Source of the DNA: Alphaproteobacteria bacterium
GTDB taxonomy: Bacteria; Pseudomonadota; Alphaproteobacteria; JAGPBS01
DNA: 56,188 nt
Assembly: GCA_018063245.1 (NCBI GenBank)
Contig: JAGPBS010000002.1
Location: forward strand, 1 to 56,188
Direction of reading: 5' to 3'
The position numbers were made by a program, and so were the translations under genes. This document shows positions 29,555 through 37,823 of the stretch, piece after piece. The notes below the pieces were generated by a model. The model saw only the letters and a list, made by a program, of their open reading frames with translations. It was not told the origin of the DNA and ran no database searches. Every line of letters starts with the position of its first letter. The first letter of the stretch is position 1.

Positions 29555-29596
29555 TTTTAAAAAATTAAAGGCCACACTCATCTATGTGTAGCCTTT
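29555..29596 (-). terminator. putative rho-independent terminator, minus-strand orientation
   Basis: Minus strand reads AAAGGCTACAC-ATAGATGA-GTGTGGCCTTT (10/11 stem) followed by AATTTTTTAAAA. It lies 229 nt downstream of the LysR gene stop. Confidence 0.5.
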
Positions 29597-29824
29597 AATT
29601 AAGATATGACTGGAATCGATATCTATTAGGAATGAAACTGGAATAACATTCCTAAGAAAATGTATCGGATCTTTTAAGGAGTTTTATGCTGGAGGACATA
29701 ACTTCCCTTCCGAATAAAGCTATTCTAAGCCTTATACTTATGATCCTATCGCTTTTTTCTGCGAAAGTCAAGATTTTTTTAATTTTGATCTTAAAATCAG
29801 GATTAAAAATTGAGTTGAGTACAC

Positions 29825-30724
29825 TTAGGTGTTTAGAGTTAGAGTCTGTTTGAGATACTTCTCTAGATGTTTGATTCTTTTTATGTTTTGTAAATAGGCT
29901 GGGTAAATATAATAAAAATTGATTGTGGGAGCTTCGACTTCATGAAATAGGCGGATAAGTCCTTGGTTTTCAGGATTATAGTATGTTGGCAGAGCTCCAA
30001 TACCAACCCCATCATTGATTGCTTGTAAGATCCCGATAGATGAGTTGACAACAAAAGTTGGTTTGCGAATTTTGTCAGTGCCTATCGTTAAATGCCAATC
30101 AGTTTCATTGTTTAAAGTGCTGTCAATCGTGTCAAATGCGCTGATAAGACGATGTTTATCAAGATCTTTAAATTCATAAGGGTGGCCGTATTTTTCTAAA
30201 TAGGCTCTTGAGGCATATAAGTGAAAATTGACACCAAATAAGAGGGTTTGTTGCAAATCGGGTCTCTGTTCAACATAAGGTCTGATAGAGACATCAGAAT
30301 GCCATTCTTCAAAAGGTGCATCAGCGTTTCTGCATTTTATAATTAATCTGACATTTTTATAATTATCAAGGAAATCTTTAATTTGATTGGCAATTGCAAA
30401 GGCGGCGATGCCTGGCCATGTATCAAGAACAATATCGCCTGAGATTGTATCATCTTGTACATAAAGTTCTGAGACTGCTTGTAAATCGGGAATTGTATTT
30501 TTTATACGATCGAACAGCTTTTTTCCATCAGCAGTTAATTTAACGCCAGCTTTATTTCTAATCATGAGTTTGAGTGAAAGTTCTTTTTCAAGCAAAATAA
30601 TTTGGTTACTAACAGCTGATAAACTGATGTTTAGGTAGAGTGATGCTTTTTTTAAGCTCCCATACTTGACGGCGTAGAAGAATGCTTTAAGATGATCGAA
30701 TGATAGGGTCATACATGAACTCAT
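29825..30724 (-). CDS. LysR-family transcriptional regulator
   Basis: N-terminal wHTH (LKAFFYAVKYGSLKKASLYLNISLSAVSNQIILLEKELSLKLMIRNKAGVKLTADGKKL) plus a ~200-aa substrate-binding domain. Divergent from the methyltransferase gene. Confidence 0.9.
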   Translation of the reverse strand: MSSCMTLSFDHLKAFFYAVKYGSLKKASLYLNISLSAVSNQIILLEKELSLKLMIRNKAGVKLTADGKKLFDRIKNTIPDLQAVSELYVQDDTISGDIVLDTWPGIAAFAIANQIKDFLDNYKNVRLIIKCRNADAPFEEWHSDVSIRPYVEQRPDLQQTLLFGVNFHLYASRAYLEKYGHPYEFKDLDKHRLISAFDTIDSTLNNETDWHLTIGTDKIRKPTFVVNSSIGILQAINDGVGIGALPTYYNPENQGLIRLFHEVEAPTINFYYIYPAYLQNIKRIKHLEKYLKQTLTLNT

Positions 30725-30763
30725 CGTGATAATTTAATATTAATTTTGAGAAGTAAAAACTTT

Positions 30764-31429
30764 ATGTGCGCAAATCAGGATAACAGATTTTTTTATGACT
30801 TGTCCCCAGAAAATTTTATCACGGAGTGTTTAGCAGAAAACGCTGGTCTAAGTAATAATATTGATATTGAATTTCTATTCAAATTTATCGATTTTGAGCA
30901 GTCATCCTGCATTATAGATTGCGGTGCTGGTGAAGGTCGTGTTGTAGACTATTTGTTGAAAAATAAATCTTTTCATCTAATATCGGCGGTTGAATATGCA
31001 GCATCAAAAATTTCTGTTTTAAATGCAAAATTTAGGCAATGTGAAATAGTGCAAATCAAACATGAGAATATTCTGAATTTTAGTGAACCACATGATTATG
31101 CAATTCTTAGTTTCTCATTCTTATTAGAGTTTGATAAGCTTGAACAGGATTTGTTGATTAAACATTTGGATAAGATTATTTCTCAGAAGGTATTTATTGA
31201 TTTACCTCTGTTTAAAGGAGATCAAAATGGGCAATATTTATCAGGTCAAAGGATGTGTCTGGAAGAAAATTGGGGAAAAACAGAGGGCTATTTTCCACAA
31301 AAATACGAGATCTTAGAATACTGTGAGAATACAGATTTTAAAATCGAGACTATCGAATTATATAGAACTGATAATGGACGAATACGTGAATTGTATGTTC
31401 TTTCAAAGAACCTTCCGGTAGATGTATGA
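30764..31429 (+). CDS. class I SAM-dependent methyltransferase
   Basis: Motif I IIDCGAGEGRVVDYLL, acidic post-I residue (AVEY) and motif II-like DYAILSFSF. The start is ATG 30764 or TTG 30746. Confidence 0.7.
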   Translation: MCANQDNRFFYDLSPENFITECLAENAGLSNNIDIEFLFKFIDFEQSSCIIDCGAGEGRVVDYLLKNKSFHLISAVEYAASKISVLNAKFRQCEIVQIKHENILNFSEPHDYAILSFSFLLEFDKLEQDLLIKHLDKIISQKVFIDLPLFKGDQNGQYLSGQRMCLEENWGKTEGYFPQKYEILEYCENTDFKIETIELYRTDNGRIRELYVLSKNLPVDV

Positions 31430-32461
31430 GTTGTTGAGTTTTCCATCTCGCGATTTGACGATTTTTGGATCGGTATGGATTCTTGAAAAGCCCATTTTTT
31501 CATAAAAGAGGGGTGCTTGATAGTCCATTGTGCTCAATTCTGCGACTTGAGCGCCTCTTTGTTTTAAGTGTTTAAAAGCAAAATTCATGACTTTTGTACC
31601 GAAACCTGTGCCGCGAATCGTAGAATCAATCCAGAAAAGATCAATATCAGCATGAGGAATGAAAACATTTTCTGTATGGATTTCTCCGAAGAGCCCACCT
31701 CTTACATATCCGTTTTTACGAATAAAAATACCGAATTTAGCAGGCGGGAGATCGTCAGAATCATCCTTTTCAGGAACCCAACTGCAATCTGGCATATCTA
31801 TAGGGGCATCTGGGTAGAGGGCTGGTCCAGGGATTTCTTTGTAGAGACGCTGTTCATATTTGTTGTTTTTTAAATGATGAAATGAGCCGGTCAATATATA
31901 GCCATATTCTAGAAGGGTTTTTGTGAAATTATTTTGATCCTTTTTCACATTGATATAGAAGCGATGGACGCCTTTACTGAGTGAGATCATTTCAAGATCA
32001 TTCAAAAAAGACATGGTTTTCTGAAGGCCCGTTTTTTTGAGAAGATGATCAAGCGAAAGAATTGTTGCTTCTTGAAATTTTTCACCAATGGGTGCTTCTA
32101 AAATCGGTGTATAAAGCGTTATTTCTGACATTGTTTCTTCATCTATCATGTCATCATTATAGAGCCCGAAACCATCGTTGATTTTTAAGCAGTCTGAAAA
32201 CGCAGCAATTGGAGAAAGCGTTATTTCAAGATCTCCAGGAACTTTGAATGGATCTTTATAACCAGGGATCTGGATCCATTTGCTTTTCTCAAACCAGAGC
32301 GTCTCACCGCGGGCTGGATTTAAACAATTATCCAAGAGAGGATCAAACCAGAAATTTGTCCTTCTATGTGCTGGAGAATCGAAAGTTGGCGTATGAGTAT
32401 GGGTTGAAATCTCACGGGCTTCTGAAAGGGCTTTTGATGAGAAAGGTAACAAATGTGTCAT
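31403..32461 (-). CDS. two-domain protein: unrecognised N-terminal domain + C-terminal GNAT acetyltransferase (paralogue 1)
   Basis: GNAT motif A FWIDSTIRGTGFGTKVMNFAFKHLKQRGAQVAELSTMDYQAPLFYEKMGF. Start 32461 (MTHLLPF) was chosen by alignment with the paralogue 2 start MTHLLSL. The 3' end overlaps the convergent methyltransferase gene by 27 nt. Confidence 0.75.
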   Translation of the reverse strand: MTHLLPFSSKALSEAREISTHTHTPTFDSPAHRRTNFWFDPLLDNCLNPARGETLWFEKSKWIQIPGYKDPFKVPGDLEITLSPIAAFSDCLKINDGFGLYNDDMIDEETMSEITLYTPILEAPIGEKFQEATILSLDHLLKKTGLQKTMSFLNDLEMISLSKGVHRFYINVKKDQNNFTKTLLEYGYILTGSFHHLKNNKYEQRLYKEIPGPALYPDAPIDMPDCSWVPEKDDSDDLPPAKFGIFIRKNGYVRGGLFGEIHTENVFIPHADIDLFWIDSTIRGTGFGTKVMNFAFKHLKQRGAQVAELSTMDYQAPLFYEKMGFSRIHTDPKIVKSRDGKLNNSYIYRKVL

Positions 32462-32520
32462 TGAAATATCCTGCTGCAATATGATATCAATATAGATTAA
32501 TTTTTATAAAAAAGCAACAG

Positions 32521-33615
32521 TTAAAGATATTTCCGGTAAAGGTAGCCATTGTTGAGTTTACCATCTCTGGTGACTAGAATGTTTGGATCCGTCTGTATTT
32601 TTTGAAAACCCATTTTTTCATAAAAAAGCGGGGCCTGAAAATCCATTGTACCAAGTTCAACAACCTCTGCGCCTCTTTGTTTGGAATAGTCAAAAGTAAG
32701 ATTGATGATTCTGCTTCCAAGACCCGTTCCGCGAATAGATGGATCTATCCAAAACGTATTAAGGTATGTATGTGGAATAAAAGCACCCTCAATATTTGGA
32801 AGACAAAAGAGCCCCCCTTTGATTTTTCCTTTTTTCAGGGTGTAGATGCCAAATTGTTCAGGCGGTAGAGATTGATCTTGAGAGGCCTGAATCCATTCGA
32901 AGTCAGTGTTTTCAACAGTGAGATTTGGAAGAAGAGCTGGGTTTGGGAATTCTTTATAAAACCGTTGTTCGTAGGTGTTTTTTAAAAGGTGGTGAAATTC
33001 ACCAATCAATTGATATCCATGATTAAGCAAAGACTTTGTAAGCTCGACCTGTTCTTGGACAACAGGGAAAAGAGGGCCCATGGCTCCTTTTCCATTTTCG
33101 ATATTTATATAAGAACGACGGACGCCTCTAGATGAAATATCTGTTTCTGCGCGGTTTAAAAAATTCATTGTGCGGGCAAGGCCAATTTTTGATGTAAGTT
33201 CAGTCAGTTCAAAAAGAATAATAGCTTGAACGGTGAGAGCAACAGGGCTCACAAGATAAGGTGTTTTTAGCAGGATACTGTGTAAATTTGCAGTATCGAG
33301 TTTTTCATGCGTATAGGTCATCAGCCCAGCATGCATTTTGAAATAGTCACTAAGAAATGCAATCGGTGAGAGGCTTATTTCAAGATCTCCAGGAACTTTG
33401 AATGGATCTTTATAACCAGAGATCTGAATCCATTTGTTTTTTTCAAACCAGAGCGTTTCGCCTTTTGCCGGATTTAAGTAATTATCCAAGAGGGGATCAA
33501 GCCAGAAATTTGTCCTTCTATGTGCAGGAGAATTGAAAGTTGGAGCGTGGTTGTGTGTCAAAACCTCACAGGCTTCTGAAAGAGGATGAGTTGTAAGAGA
33601 TAATAAATGAGTCAT
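32521..33615 (-). CDS. two-domain protein: unrecognised N-terminal domain + C-terminal GNAT acetyltransferase (paralogue 2)
   Basis: Colinear with paralogue 1. The N-terminal ~95 aa are nearly identical (PTFxSPAHRRTNFWxDPLLDNxLNPAxGETLWFEKxKWIQIxGYKDPFKVPGDLEIxLSPIA). GNAT motif A is FWIDPSIRGTGLGSRIINLTFDYSKQRGAEVVELGTMDFQAPLFYEKMGF. Confidence 0.75.
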   Translation of the reverse strand: MTHLLSLTTHPLSEACEVLTHNHAPTFNSPAHRRTNFWLDPLLDNYLNPAKGETLWFEKNKWIQISGYKDPFKVPGDLEISLSPIAFLSDYFKMHAGLMTYTHEKLDTANLHSILLKTPYLVSPVALTVQAIILFELTELTSKIGLARTMNFLNRAETDISSRGVRRSYINIENGKGAMGPLFPVVQEQVELTKSLLNHGYQLIGEFHHLLKNTYEQRFYKEFPNPALLPNLTVENTDFEWIQASQDQSLPPEQFGIYTLKKGKIKGGLFCLPNIEGAFIPHTYLNTFWIDPSIRGTGLGSRIINLTFDYSKQRGAEVVELGTMDFQAPLFYEKMGFQKIQTDPNILVTRDGKLNNGYLYRKYL

Positions 33616-33674
33616 TGAAAAAACCTCATATAAAATAAGGTTCAGTATAGTCTAATGATCAGAAAAGACAAGGT

Positions 33675-34646
33675 TTATTTAGCCTGTAGAAAAGGGTCGG
33701 CGAATATTTGTTTTGATGGAATGCCGGCCATAAAGGCTTTTGTCTTTAAAGGGTTCACCATATCAGGTGCGCCGCACAGGTATAAATGGATGGAGGATTT
33801 GTTCTGTGGGAGGGATTCGAGCAAAATGGCTTGAAGATCACCTGATTGGTATGATTTATCAGGAGGGCCGTTTAACACACATGGCGTGTAGATGAAATTT
33901 TGATGGTCTTGTGATAGTGCCTCTAATTCTTTGACAAGATAGAGCCCTTCTGCTGATCTTGCGCCGTGGAAAAGTTGAATTGTGCCCTTATGTCCTTTGC
34001 GCAAGGCTTCTTTAATAATACCGTAAAGCGGGGCAAGGCCCGTACCAGTGCCTGCGAGAATTATTGAGGCTTCTGGTTGATTCTCTAGATTATAAAAACA
34101 AGAACCTGTTGGCCCAAAAAGATTGACTTCAGTGCCTATATGGGCCTCATTTTGGAGCCAATGACTCATGTGACCCTTGTTTAGAAGACGAATATGGAGA
34201 TCTATATAGCCATCGAGCATTGGATTGTTTGCAATGGAATAACTGCGCGCAAGTGACGCATCTGTCATCAGTGTGAGATATTGACCTGGTTCAGCTTGAA
34301 ATTCTGTGTTTGGTTTTATTTTGAGGTTGATGATTTCTGGTGTGAAGAGAGATTTGCTAACAATAGTTGCTTTTGTATTGAGGCCTGCATCTGTTAGGTT
34401 TTGGATTGCCAGATCCGTTGTTGGGATGCATTGGCAAGCTAAAAAGAGGTTTTGCTTTTTTATGTTTGGTTTTAGTGAGGCCTGTGCTTTTTGGGGGATT
34501 GATCCTGATGTTGCTTTCATGAGGCATGATTCACAAACGCCAGATTTGCATGAATGAGGCACAGTGAGATCATGCCTTAAAAGACAGTCAAGAACTGTCT
34601 CTCCTTCATGCAAACTATAGGTGTTTTCATTAAAATGTAATTTCAT
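33675..34646 (-). CDS. 2Fe-2S ferredoxin-domain / FAD / NAD(P)H oxidoreductase (FNR-family reductase, N-terminal plant-type ferredoxin)
   Basis: Cys pattern CKSGVCESC...LACQC (C-x4-C-x2-C...C), FAD motif RSYSIAN and NAD(P) motif LAGTGTGLAPL. The start overlaps the glbN stop (ATGA). Confidence 0.85.
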   Translation of the reverse strand: MKLHFNENTYSLHEGETVLDCLLRHDLTVPHSCKSGVCESCLMKATSGSIPQKAQASLKPNIKKQNLFLACQCIPTTDLAIQNLTDAGLNTKATIVSKSLFTPEIINLKIKPNTEFQAEPGQYLTLMTDASLARSYSIANNPMLDGYIDLHIRLLNKGHMSHWLQNEAHIGTEVNLFGPTGSCFYNLENQPEASIILAGTGTGLAPLYGIIKEALRKGHKGTIQLFHGARSAEGLYLVKELEALSQDHQNFIYTPCVLNGPPDKSYQSGDLQAILLESLPQNKSSIHLYLCGAPDMVNPLKTKAFMAGIPSKQIFADPFLQAK

Positions 34647-35008
34647 CGATTTAACACATCGTTACGTACAGAGTTAGCGAGAGCTGCAACTTTTTCAATG
34701 TCAGTTTCAGCAGCACCCAATTCTCTCAGTGTATTACCAAGATGCTCCAACACAATATCAACGTGAGAATCATTAAGCCCGCGTTCAATGAGATGCTTAT
34801 GACCATCGCGCATGTTTTTGCCTGTGTAATTGTTTGGTCCGCCAAAGACCATGGTTAAAAAGCCTTTTTGTTTCGCAATTTGTGTTTCCATATCTGTTGT
34901 ATCAAAGAAATAATTCACACGATTATCACTCAGCATTTTACGATAAAAAATATCAACAGCCGTATCGATGGCAGCGGCACCGCCTAGTTTTTCATATAAA
35001 GTTGTCAT
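34643..35008 (-). CDS. glbN: group I truncated haemoglobin (trHbN / GlbN)
   Basis: 121 aa: MTTLYEKLGGAAAIDTAVDIFYRKMLSDNRVNYFF...QKGFLTMVFGGPNNYTGKNMRDGHKHL is the 2-on-2 globin signature. The start overlaps the nsrR stop (ATGA). Confidence 0.9.
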   Translation of the reverse strand: MTTLYEKLGGAAAIDTAVDIFYRKMLSDNRVNYFFDTTDMETQIAKQKGFLTMVFGGPNNYTGKNMRDGHKHLIERGLNDSHVDIVLEHLGNTLRELGAAETDIEKVAALANSVRNDVLNR

Positions 35009-35436
35009 CTGCTTTCCTTTCTTATTTGATTGTTTTGAGTCAGAGTGAGGCTGGCTAGAGTTGTTTTGTCCAGCACGGTCAGAAAAGCATCAGTTGCACT
35101 ATGCAATGTATGCTTTAAAGAGCAGGTATTTGTGATGCGGCAGGTATTTTTTGCATTGTTAAAACATTCCACAACATGGAAATCGGGTTCTGTTTGCCGT
35201 ACAATTTGGCCAATTGTAATCTCGAATGGTGATTGATTCAGACAAATCCCGCCGTTGCGGCCTTGGATTGATTTTACATAACCAAGTTGTGCAAGCTGGT
35301 GTACAACTTTGACCAGATGAGGTTTTGAGATTCCATACCACTCAGCGATTTCAGTAATGCGGCAGAGTGTTTCCGGACATTCAGCAAGATAAAGCAAAAC
35401 ACGCAAAGAATAATCGGTAAATTTGGTGAGATTCAT
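35005..35436 (-). CDS. nsrR: Rrf2-family NO-sensing repressor NsrR
   Basis: MNLTKFTDYSLRVLLYLA... wHTH is very similar to NsrR. Three clustered Cys (VECFNNAKNTCRITNTCSLK) could serve as the Fe-S ligands. Confidence 0.82.
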   Translation of the reverse strand: MNLTKFTDYSLRVLLYLAECPETLCRITEIAEWYGISKPHLVKVVHQLAQLGYVKSIQGRNGGICLNQSPFEITIGQIVRQTEPDFHVVECFNNAKNTCRITNTCSLKHTLHSATDAFLTVLDKTTLASLTLTQNNQIRKESR

Positions 35437-35455
35437 GGTTGGTTCCAGACTGATT

Positions 35456-35482
35456 AAAACATATATTTAGAATATATGTTTT
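35456..35482. promoter_or_regulatory. candidate NsrR operator (12-3-12 perfect palindrome)
   Basis: AAAACATATATT-TAG-AATATATGTTTT lies 20 nt upstream of the nsrR ATG and 100 nt upstream of the divergent FNR gene. It can be read as 11-1-11 half-sites AACATATATTT/AACATATATTC, about 8/11 to the enterobacterial AAGATGCATTT half-site recalled from the literature. Confidence 0.5.
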
Positions 35483-35581
35483 AGAGCGATTGTCAAGAAA
35501 TTTATCCATATTTCAGATGACAGAGAAAAAATTATGGGTTAGGTTAGAGGATGTATGAATTGACGAAATGTAAGGTTGGAA

Positions 35582-36619
35582 ATGACAGAACATAAGACAG
35601 ATGTAGCAATTATTGGAGCGGGGCCGGTTGGTTTATTCGCAATATTTGAGTGTGGGATGATGAAACTCAAATGTCACGTTATTGATTCTCTTGAAATGAT
35701 TGGCGGACAGTGCGCCGCTCTTTATCCTGAAAAACCAATTTATGATATTCCGGCACATCCATCTATTTTAGCAGAAGATTTGATTACAAAGCTACATGAG
35801 CAGGCTGCGCCGTTTGGGCCTCATTTTCATCTGAATGTTCAAGTGGTTGAATTACAAAAACAAGAGAGCAGTCGTTTTATTCTGACTCTTTCGAATGGTG
35901 AGAAGATTGATGCCGGCGCTGTGATTATTGCAGCTGGCGTTGGTGCTTTTGGCCCCAAAAAACCACCCATGGATCATCTTGAAGATTTTGAAGCTCATTC
36001 GGTTTTTTATTATGTGAAAAAGCGTGAAGATTTCAGAGGTAAAAAAATTGTGATTGCTGGTGGCGGTGATAGTGCGCTTGATTGGGCGATTTCTTTATCA
36101 GAAGTCGCAGAGAAAATAAGTTTGGTTCACCGACGTGATAAGTTTAGAGCAGCGCCTGAGAGTGTAAGCAGAATGCATCAATTGGTCGCTGAGGGGAAAA
36201 TTGATTTTGTGGTTCCTTATCAATTAAAGAGCCTTGAAGGTAAGGATGGGCATTTATCGCATGTGGTGATTTATGATTTAGAAGGGCATGAGAAAAAAAT
36301 TGAAGCTGATGCTTTGCTTCCCTTCTTTGGACTTTCGATGAAATTAGGTCCAATTGCCGATTGGGGGTTGAATCTTGAGAAAAATCATATAGTGATTGAT
36401 CCGGCATCCTGTTCAACGAATGAACCTGGCATTTTTGCCATTGGTGATATTTGCCATTATCCAGGAAAAATGAAGCTTATTTTATGTGGCTTTTCAGAAG
36501 GGGCGATTGCTGCTAAATCAGCTTTTGAATATATGTATCCGAATGAAGTGGTTCATTTTGAATATTCAACAACCAAAGGCGTTCATGCGATTGATGAACC
36601 GGTGGTGCAAGCTGGGTAA
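35582..36619 (+). CDS. thioredoxin-reductase-like ferredoxin-NADP+ reductase (YumC type)
   Basis: TDVAIIGAGPVGLFAIFECGMMKLKCHVIDSLEMIGGQCAALYPEKPIYDIP is characteristic of TrxR-type FNRs. There is a second GGGDSALDWA dinucleotide motif and no CxxC redox pair. AAGG sits 7 nt before ATG 35582. Confidence 0.88.
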   Translation: MTEHKTDVAIIGAGPVGLFAIFECGMMKLKCHVIDSLEMIGGQCAALYPEKPIYDIPAHPSILAEDLITKLHEQAAPFGPHFHLNVQVVELQKQESSRFILTLSNGEKIDAGAVIIAAGVGAFGPKKPPMDHLEDFEAHSVFYYVKKREDFRGKKIVIAGGGDSALDWAISLSEVAEKISLVHRRDKFRAAPESVSRMHQLVAEGKIDFVVPYQLKSLEGKDGHLSHVVIYDLEGHEKKIEADALLPFFGLSMKLGPIADWGLNLEKNHIVIDPASCSTNEPGIFAIGDICHYPGKMKLILCGFSEGAIAAKSAFEYMYPNEVVHFEYSTTKGVHAIDEPVVQAG

Positions 36620-36626
36620 TTGCAGA

Positions 36627-37193
36627 TTATTTCTGATACCGAAAGCAGCTTGTGAGGTGATCATTCACCATGCCGATGGCTTGCATATAAGCGTAGATGA
36701 TTGTTGAGCCGACAAAGCTCATGCCGCGTTTCTTTAAGTTCTTTGAAATAGCATCGCTTTCTTTTGTCTTAGCAGGAACATCTTTCATGTCTTGCCAGTG
36801 ATTGACAATTGGTTTGCCGCCGATAAAATTCCAAATATAGCGATCAAAGGAGCCAAATTCTTCTTGAATTGCTAAGAAGGCAATTGCATTTTTACGTGCT
36901 GTAAAAATTTTCAGTCGATTGCGGATGAGTCCTGGGTTTAATAAAAGAGCCTCAAGTTCTGCATCTTCCATTTTGGCAACTTTTTGAGGGTCAAAAAAAT
37001 GAAAGGCTTCTCGGTAAGCCTCACGCTTTTTTAAAACGGTTTCCCAGGAAAGGCCGGCCTGGGCTCCTTCAAGAATGAGCATTTCGAAATGCTTGGTATC
37101 ATCATGTACAGGGACGCCCCATTCATGGTCATGGTAGTCGTCATAAAATGCTTTTCCACGTCCTGCCCAAGGGCAGCGAATTTTATCGCGCAT
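36627..37193 (-). CDS. tag: DNA-3-methyladenine glycosylase I
   Basis: RCPWAGRGKAFYDDYHDHEWGVPVHDDTKHFEMLILEGAQAGLSWETVLKKREAYREAF is the Tag signature. Start set at ATG 37193, because the ORF-track N-terminal extension is read-through of the tRNA gene. Confidence 0.92.
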   Translation of the reverse strand: MRDKIRCPWAGRGKAFYDDYHDHEWGVPVHDDTKHFEMLILEGAQAGLSWETVLKKREAYREAFHFFDPQKVAKMEDAELEALLLNPGLIRNRLKIFTARKNAIAFLAIQEEFGSFDRYIWNFIGGKPIVNHWQDMKDVPAKTKESDAISKNLKKRGMSFVGSTIIYAYMQAIGMVNDHLTSCFRYQK

Positions 37194-37216
37194 CGCTGTT
37201 ATTCCTGATTTAAATT

Positions 37217-37292
<76 letters not shown>

Positions 37293-37297
37293 AATAT

Positions 37298-37401
37298 ATA
37301 CCAAACACCATTTTAAAATTCTATCGCTTCGCTCGTCGCTTATGTAGGTGAACTACACCGCGCTCCTCGCTCATAATATAATTTTATCTGGTGTTTGGTA
37401 T
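37298..37401. repeat. 104-bp hairpin element flanked by a perfect 13-bp inverted repeat
   Basis: ATACCAAACACCA (37298-37310) pairs with TGGTGTTTGGTAT (37389-37401), and pairing extends imperfectly about 12 bp inward. The interior has near-direct repeats CGCTCGTCGCT/CGCTCCTCGCT and a small hairpin GTAG-GTGAA-CTAC. It lies immediately upstream of tRNA-Ala. Confidence 0.6.
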
Positions 37402-37418
37402 GATTTATATAGCATAGA

Positions 37419-37721
37419 TCACTCGTCTTCGTTTTCATCTGACGGGATGAATTGATCTGGCTCGTCATCAAAGTCTTCATCGCTGATGCTAAATCCATCA
37501 TCGATTGTTGAGAGAAGTTCATCATCTCTTGCAAAAGCTGTGTTGATATCGTCAGCATCCTCTGCAAAATGTGGAATTTTAGATTTTCTAGACTTAATGA
37601 TTGAATCAGCATTAAATTCTGTACCACATTTCGGGCAATGAGGTGGTTTTTTTTGCATATCATAATATTTGATACCGCATTCGGTGCAAATTCGTTTGGT
37701 ACCCCATTCTTGTTTGATCAT
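37419..37721 (-). CDS. FYDLN_acid family zinc-ribbon protein (function unknown)
   Basis: MIKQEWGTKRICTECGIKYYDMQKKPPHCPKCGTEF followed by an acidic C-terminal tail. Start set at ATG 37721. Confidence 0.75.
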   Translation of the reverse strand: MIKQEWGTKRICTECGIKYYDMQKKPPHCPKCGTEFNADSIIKSRKSKIPHFAEDADDINTAFARDDELLSTIDDGFSISDEDFDDEPDQFIPSDENEDE

Positions 37722-37823
37722 GCTCGTTCCCTTCAACTTGGACAAATTTGAATTAATGCCATCCTTTTTTACACACTTTTTTGGATTTGTCAAAGAAAAC
37801 TAACTGAATTGATAAATTTTTTT

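Noticed and set aside
33616-33674. Terminator between the reductase gene and GNAT paralogue 2
   Set aside because: Only a 5-bp stem is present (AACCT/AGGTT, 11-nt loop). The GAGG within it is better explained as the ribosome-binding site of the GNAT gene.
37340-37663. 107-aa ORF overlapping the FYDLN_acid gene and the hairpin element
   Set aside because: It is an alternate frame of a recognisable gene plus non-coding repeat, with no motif support.
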